A DNA stretch of 64,000 nucleotides. Origin: Akkermansia sp. (GTDB taxonomy: Bacteria > Verrucomicrobiota > Verrucomicrobiia > Verrucomicrobiales > Akkermansiaceae). Of the stretch, positions 60,759-64,000 are shown piece by piece. The notes under the pieces were generated by a model that made no database searches, was not told the DNA's origin, and saw nothing but the letters and a program-made list of their open reading frames with translations. Position numbers and translations under genes: made by a program. Position 1 is the stretch's first letter. Every line of letters begins with the position of its first letter. The stretch covers positions 23,620 through 87,619 of the forward strand of contig JAFYWX010000002.1 of the NCBI GenBank assembly GCA_017546445.1, in the 5' to 3' direction.

Positions 60759-61700
60759 TTATCTACCTACTTTTCTAGTATTCATTAATAATAAAAGTTC
60801 ATCCAAGTTTTCTCTAAATCTGTTATCATATAAAATATCAAGTATTATTTCATGTGGTATAATCTGTTTTTCAGTTAAAAAAGAACGAATTTCCTCTCCG
60901 CGTTCATGGTTGTCAGCTCCAGCAAATGTATACACAAGGAACTTCTGTGAATTAGAACAGGTGGACATTATCATCTTGGCATATTCTACAGCTTCCTCTT
61001 CATCAAAATTGTGTCGAACATATTGAAGAACATTCAACGTCGCGCCAAGCCAACGTTCTATATTTAAAAATCTGTCGTAAATATACAATTTCTTAGTTTG
61101 CAATAATTTAGCATCTTTTTCAACAGTTCGCAAAATACTTATTAAATTATTGTGAATCAATATTATTGCTCGAGTAGCTTTTTCACTAAACTCAGACTCT
61201 TGACGTCTAGCCTCAGACGAAATCGATGTATTTATACTTGCAAATACTACCGCCTCAGCTAACTGAACAACAATCGTCAGACGCTTATACAATTCATCTA
61301 TCTTTTGGCCTTTTTCAGCCAGCTCAACTTGCGCTTCAAATTGCCTAGTTTGAGCCTCACTTACCTCACGTTGCTTTTCCATTTCCTTGCGTTGAAGGGC
61401 CAAATCCTCACGCTGATTCTGTAAATCCTTTCGTTGGAGCTTTAGCTGACGTCCCTGCATGCTTAACGAATAGATAAGGGCAATAAAAGCAAACGCCGAA
61501 ACTAAAGGATTCAAAGGGCCATACATATCACCGTATGGCCCGAGAATATTCACATCCTTGCAACCAACGAAAAATCGTAAAACATAGGGGTACACACATA
61601 CTCCCACCACAACAATGATGACCGATCCTATTATGCTTAACCACATCATGACAGATGATGCATTTTCATCGCATTCCTTTTCTTGGTTGTTATTTTTCAT
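60759..61700 (-). CDS. 2-TM, coiled-coil membrane protein (candidate abortive-infection-type effector)
   Basis: Two N-terminal hydrophobic helices (WLSIIGSVIIVVVGVCVYPYVL; LVSAFAFIALIYSLSM), a long heptad region (QLKLQRKDLQNQREDLALQRKEMEKQRE...), and very AT-rich coding sequence. Confidence 0.5.
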   Translation of the reverse strand: MKNNNQEKECDENASSVMMWLSIIGSVIIVVVGVCVYPYVLRFFVGCKDVNILGPYGDMYGPLNPLVSAFAFIALIYSLSMQGRQLKLQRKDLQNQREDLALQRKEMEKQREVSEAQTRQFEAQVELAEKGQKIDELYKRLTIVVQLAEAVVFASINTSISSEARRQESEFSEKATRAIILIHNNLISILRTVEKDAKLLQTKKLYIYDRFLNIERWLGATLNVLQYVRHNFDEEEAVEYAKMIMSTCSNSQKFLVYTFAGADNHERGEEIRSFLTEKQIIPHEIILDILYDNRFRENLDELLLLMNTRKVGR

Positions 61701-61714
61701 AGTGGTATAAAAAA

Positions 61715-62224
61715 TTATGCTCCTTGCTCATCTTCATCCAAATGTCCAAACACTCGTTCTACAACAGAATCGAGTTTCTTATCGGCCTCAGCTGGGTCAA
61801 AATCTATCGGATATGCCGCCACATACGTTCCATCACGAGATTTTTCCAACACTGCATTCATCTCTCTGATATCGTATAACTGTTCGTGATTGAAAGCATG
61901 GACTATGCTCTCTCGTCCCATTTTTATCATCTCATAGGTTGAAACATCCATACGAACAGCAGCTTGCCGAATCGTTTCAAACGAATCATCAGATTCATTA
62001 TCGATGGTTGTGTACAAGCCTCTGGGACTAAACCCAAGAACTGCTGCACACCTGTTCCACCTATCTTCGCTTGGAACAGTCCGTCCATTTTTCCAAGAGG
62101 AAAGAGTGCCTGCACTTACACCTATTTTCTGAGCTATACAAGAAATTGTCTTACCCTGCAGGCACGAAGTAAGTATTACCTTCACATATGTCTTTTGGCT
62201 ATCCTTATTGTATTCTGATTTCAT
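61715..62224 (-). CDS. XRE-family HTH protein with an unassigned C-terminal domain
   Basis: GKTISCIAQKIGVSAGTLSSWKNGRTVP helix-turn-helix. Lies 14 nt upstream of the 2-TM gene on the same strand. Confidence 0.6.
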   Translation of the reverse strand: MKSEYNKDSQKTYVKVILTSCLQGKTISCIAQKIGVSAGTLSSWKNGRTVPSEDRWNRCAAVLGFSPRGLYTTIDNESDDSFETIRQAAVRMDVSTYEMIKMGRESIVHAFNHEQLYDIREMNAVLEKSRDGTYVAAYPIDFDPAEADKKLDSVVERVFGHLDEDEQGA

Positions 62225-62240
62225 TGCGGAGTCGGGGCTT

Positions 62241-62281
62241 CAAAAGATAGCGGCGCATCTACGTGGCGTAGATGCGCCGCT
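62241..62281 (-). terminator. rho-independent terminator downstream of groEL
   Basis: 15-bp perfect stem AGCGGCGCATCTACG / CGTAGATGCGCCGCT, followed on the minus strand by ATCTTTTG. Confidence 0.65.
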
Positions 62282-62493
62282 GGGTTGTTGGGCGTTGTTA
62301 TGAGTAAATTACTCTGACTTGGGTTGTTGGGATTTTTATAACCTGGTTTCTGAGGCTGAGATTTATTTCGCACAGGGTGCGAAGTGAAATCTCCCTGCGG
62401 TCGGTGAAATTGCTAAGCGTTGCTTATCAGTGAAACTTCGTTCGCTGGGGCTTGCTCAGTGAAATTTCGGACTGCGTCCTCAGAGGTGGGGGC

Positions 62494-64000
62494 TTACATC
62501 ATGCCGCCCATGCCACCCATACCGCCCATGGCGTCGGCACCGGGGGCGCCGTGGCCGCAGGAGCACTTCTTCTCGGGCAGGTCGGTGATGAGGCATTCGG
62601 TGGTGAGCATGAGGCCGGCGATGGAGGCGGCGTTCTGCAGAGCGGAACGGGTCACCTTGGTGGGATCCACCACACCGGAAACGAGGAGGTCCTCGTACTC
62701 ATCGGACACAACGTTGTAGCCCATGGTGGGAGCCTCGAGGTTCTTCACCTTCTCCACAATGAGGGCAGCCTCGCGGCCGGCGTTGGCCACCAGCTGACGA
62801 AGGGGAGCCTCAACAGCGCGGTATACGATGGCAGCGCCCGTGGCTTCGTCGCCCGTGAGGTTCAGGCCGCACACAGCCTTCTGGGCGCGGATGAGGGCCA
62901 CACCACCGCCGGGAACGATACCTTCCTCCACAGCAGCGCGGGTGGCGTGCAGAGCGTCGTCCACGCGGTCCTTCTTCTCCTTCATCTCGGTCTCGGTGGC
63001 AGCACCCACCTTGATGACGGCTACACCACCGGCAAGCTTGGCCAGGCGCTCCTGGAGCTTCTCGCGGTCGTAGTCGGAAGTGGTCTCCTGAATCTGGTGG
63101 CGAATCTGGGACACGCGGGCGGAGATATCGGAGGACTTGCCGGCGCCTTCGATGATGACGGTGGTGTCCTTGGTGATAACCACGCGCTTGGCAAGGCCGA
63201 GCATGTCCACATCCACATTCTCGAGCTTGAGGCCGAGGTCCTCGGAGATGCACTGACCACCGGTAAGGATGGCGATATCCTGGAGCATGGCCTTGCGGCG
63301 GTCGCCGAAGCCGGGAGCCTTCACAGCGGCCACATTCAGGGTGCCGCGCAGACGGTTCACCACGAGGGCTGCCAGAGCCTCACCCTCCACGTCCTCAGCA
63401 ATGATGAGGAAGGGCTTGCCGCTCTTGGCCACCTTCTCCAGAATGGGGAGGAAATCCTTCAGGTTGCCAATCTTCTTCTCGAAGATAAGGATGTAGGGGT
63501 TCTCCAGCACAGACTCCATGGTGTCTGCGTTGGTCACGAAGTAGGGGGAGAGGTAGCCCTTGTCGAACTGCATACCTTCCACCACGTCCAGAGAGGTGTC
63601 GATACCCTTGGCTTCTTCCACAGTGATGGTGCCGTCCTTGCCCACCTTGTCCATAGCCTCGGCGATGATATCACCGATTTCGGAGTCCCAGTTGGCGGAT
63701 ACGGTAGCCACCTGAGCAATCTCCTTGGTGGAATCCACGGGCTTGGAGATATTCTTGAGCTCGCCCACGATAGCGGCGGCGGCCTTGTTGATACCACGCT
63801 GCAGGGAGATGGGGTTGGCGCCGGCGGTCACGTTGCGCAGACCTTCGCGGTAGATAGCCTCAGCCAGCACGGTGGCGGTTGTGGTGCCGTCGCCGGCGAT
63901 GTCGTTGGTCTTGCTGGAAACCTCGCGCACCAGCTGGGCGCCCATGTTCTCGTAAGCGTCCTCGAGCTCGATTTCCTTAGCCACAGTCACACCGTCCTTG
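62494..64000 (-). CDS. groEL: chaperonin GroEL, 5' end beyond the window
   Basis: [30 protein letters not shown], and the C-terminal [10 protein letters not shown] tail. The reading frame continues past position 64000. Confidence 0.95.
   Translation of the reverse strand, partial: KDGVTVAKEIELEDAYENMGAQLVREVSSKTNDIAGDGTTTATVLAEAIYREGLRNVTAGANPISLQRGINKAAAAIVGELKNISKPVDSTKEIAQVATVSANWDSEIGDIIAEAMDKVGKDGTITVEEAKGIDTSLDVVEGMQFDKGYLSPYFVTNADTMESVLENPYILIFEKKIGNLKDFLPILEKVAKSGKPFLIIAEDVEGEALAALVVNRLRGTLNVAAVKAPGFGDRRKAMLQDIAILTGGQCISEDLGLKLENVDVDMLGLAKRVVITKDTTVIIEGAGKSSDISARVSQIRHQIQETTSDYDREKLQERLAKLAGGVAVIKVGAATETEMKEKKDRVDDALHATRAAVEEGIVPGGGVALIRAQKAVCGLNLTGDEATGAAIVYRAVEAPLRQLVANAGREAALIVEKVKNLEAPTMGYNVVSDEYEDLLVSGVVDPTKVTRSALQNAASIAGLMLTTECLITDLPEKKCSCGHGAPGADAMGGMGGMGGMM

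Larger units (their letters stand above)
57327..62240. other. AT-rich genomic island (restriction-modification plus accessory genes), no mobility genes seen
   Basis: Sharp compositional drop relative to both flanks, visible by eye. Bounded by the DpnI-like stub on the left and the groEL terminator on the right. Confidence 0.65.

Noticed and set aside
62384-62465. Possible CRISPR-like array (repeated GTGAAAT).
   Set aside because: The repeats are only ~7-10 nt, irregularly spaced (20-29 nt) and lack uniform spacers. No cas genes are present. I reported it only as a 3' UTR curiosity.

Overview
G+C-rich chromosomal segment that looks like a Verrucomicrobiota (Akkermansia-type) genome. This is an inference from a PEP-CTERM surface protein, a GH20 hexosaminidase, a serpin and several TlpA-like thioredoxins. 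It spans the probable replication origin, with dnaA at 49.8 kb followed directly by dnaE. About 60 genes are called. Housekeeping genes include dxr, RNase P RNA, nadD, cysS, queF/queC, asd, maf, ilvA, metG, panC, thiL, dnaA, dnaE and a partial groEL. Four accessory regions stand out. (1) A ~14 kb aryl-polyene-type lipid/pigment cluster at 11.3-25.1 kb: three ketosynthase-like genes, a ketoreductase, hotdog dehydratases, two ACPs, an AMP-ligase, a methyltransferase, acyltransferases, a GT2, and LolA-like plus MMPL-like export genes. (2) A tightly packed three-gene module at 39.98-46.66 kb with its own near-consensus promoter. It encodes a Zn-ribbon P-loop GTPase and two large single-pass membrane proteins. 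The first of these has an N-terminus I recall from uncharacterised GTPase-associated (GAP1-like) proteins. This is my top candidate for an undescribed system. (3) A ~4.9 kb AT-rich island at 57.3-62.2 kb carrying a DpnM-like Dam methylase and a PD-(D/E)xK restriction enzyme. It appears to have displaced a DpnI-like methyl-dependent enzyme, of which only a 41-codon N-terminal stub remains. The same island has an HTH gene behind three TCCAT-N4-ATGGA operators and an XRE-HTH gene paired with a 2-TM coiled-coil protein. (4) A 1159-aa PEP-CTERM protein with an SGNH esterase domain. I recognised no rRNA, tRNA, CRISPR array, transposase or integrase. CDS coordinates follow the supplied ORF track, with starts trimmed where motifs argue for it. 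Small motifs were counted by eye and may be off by 1-2 nt. All family assignments rest on motif recognition and recall, not on searches.
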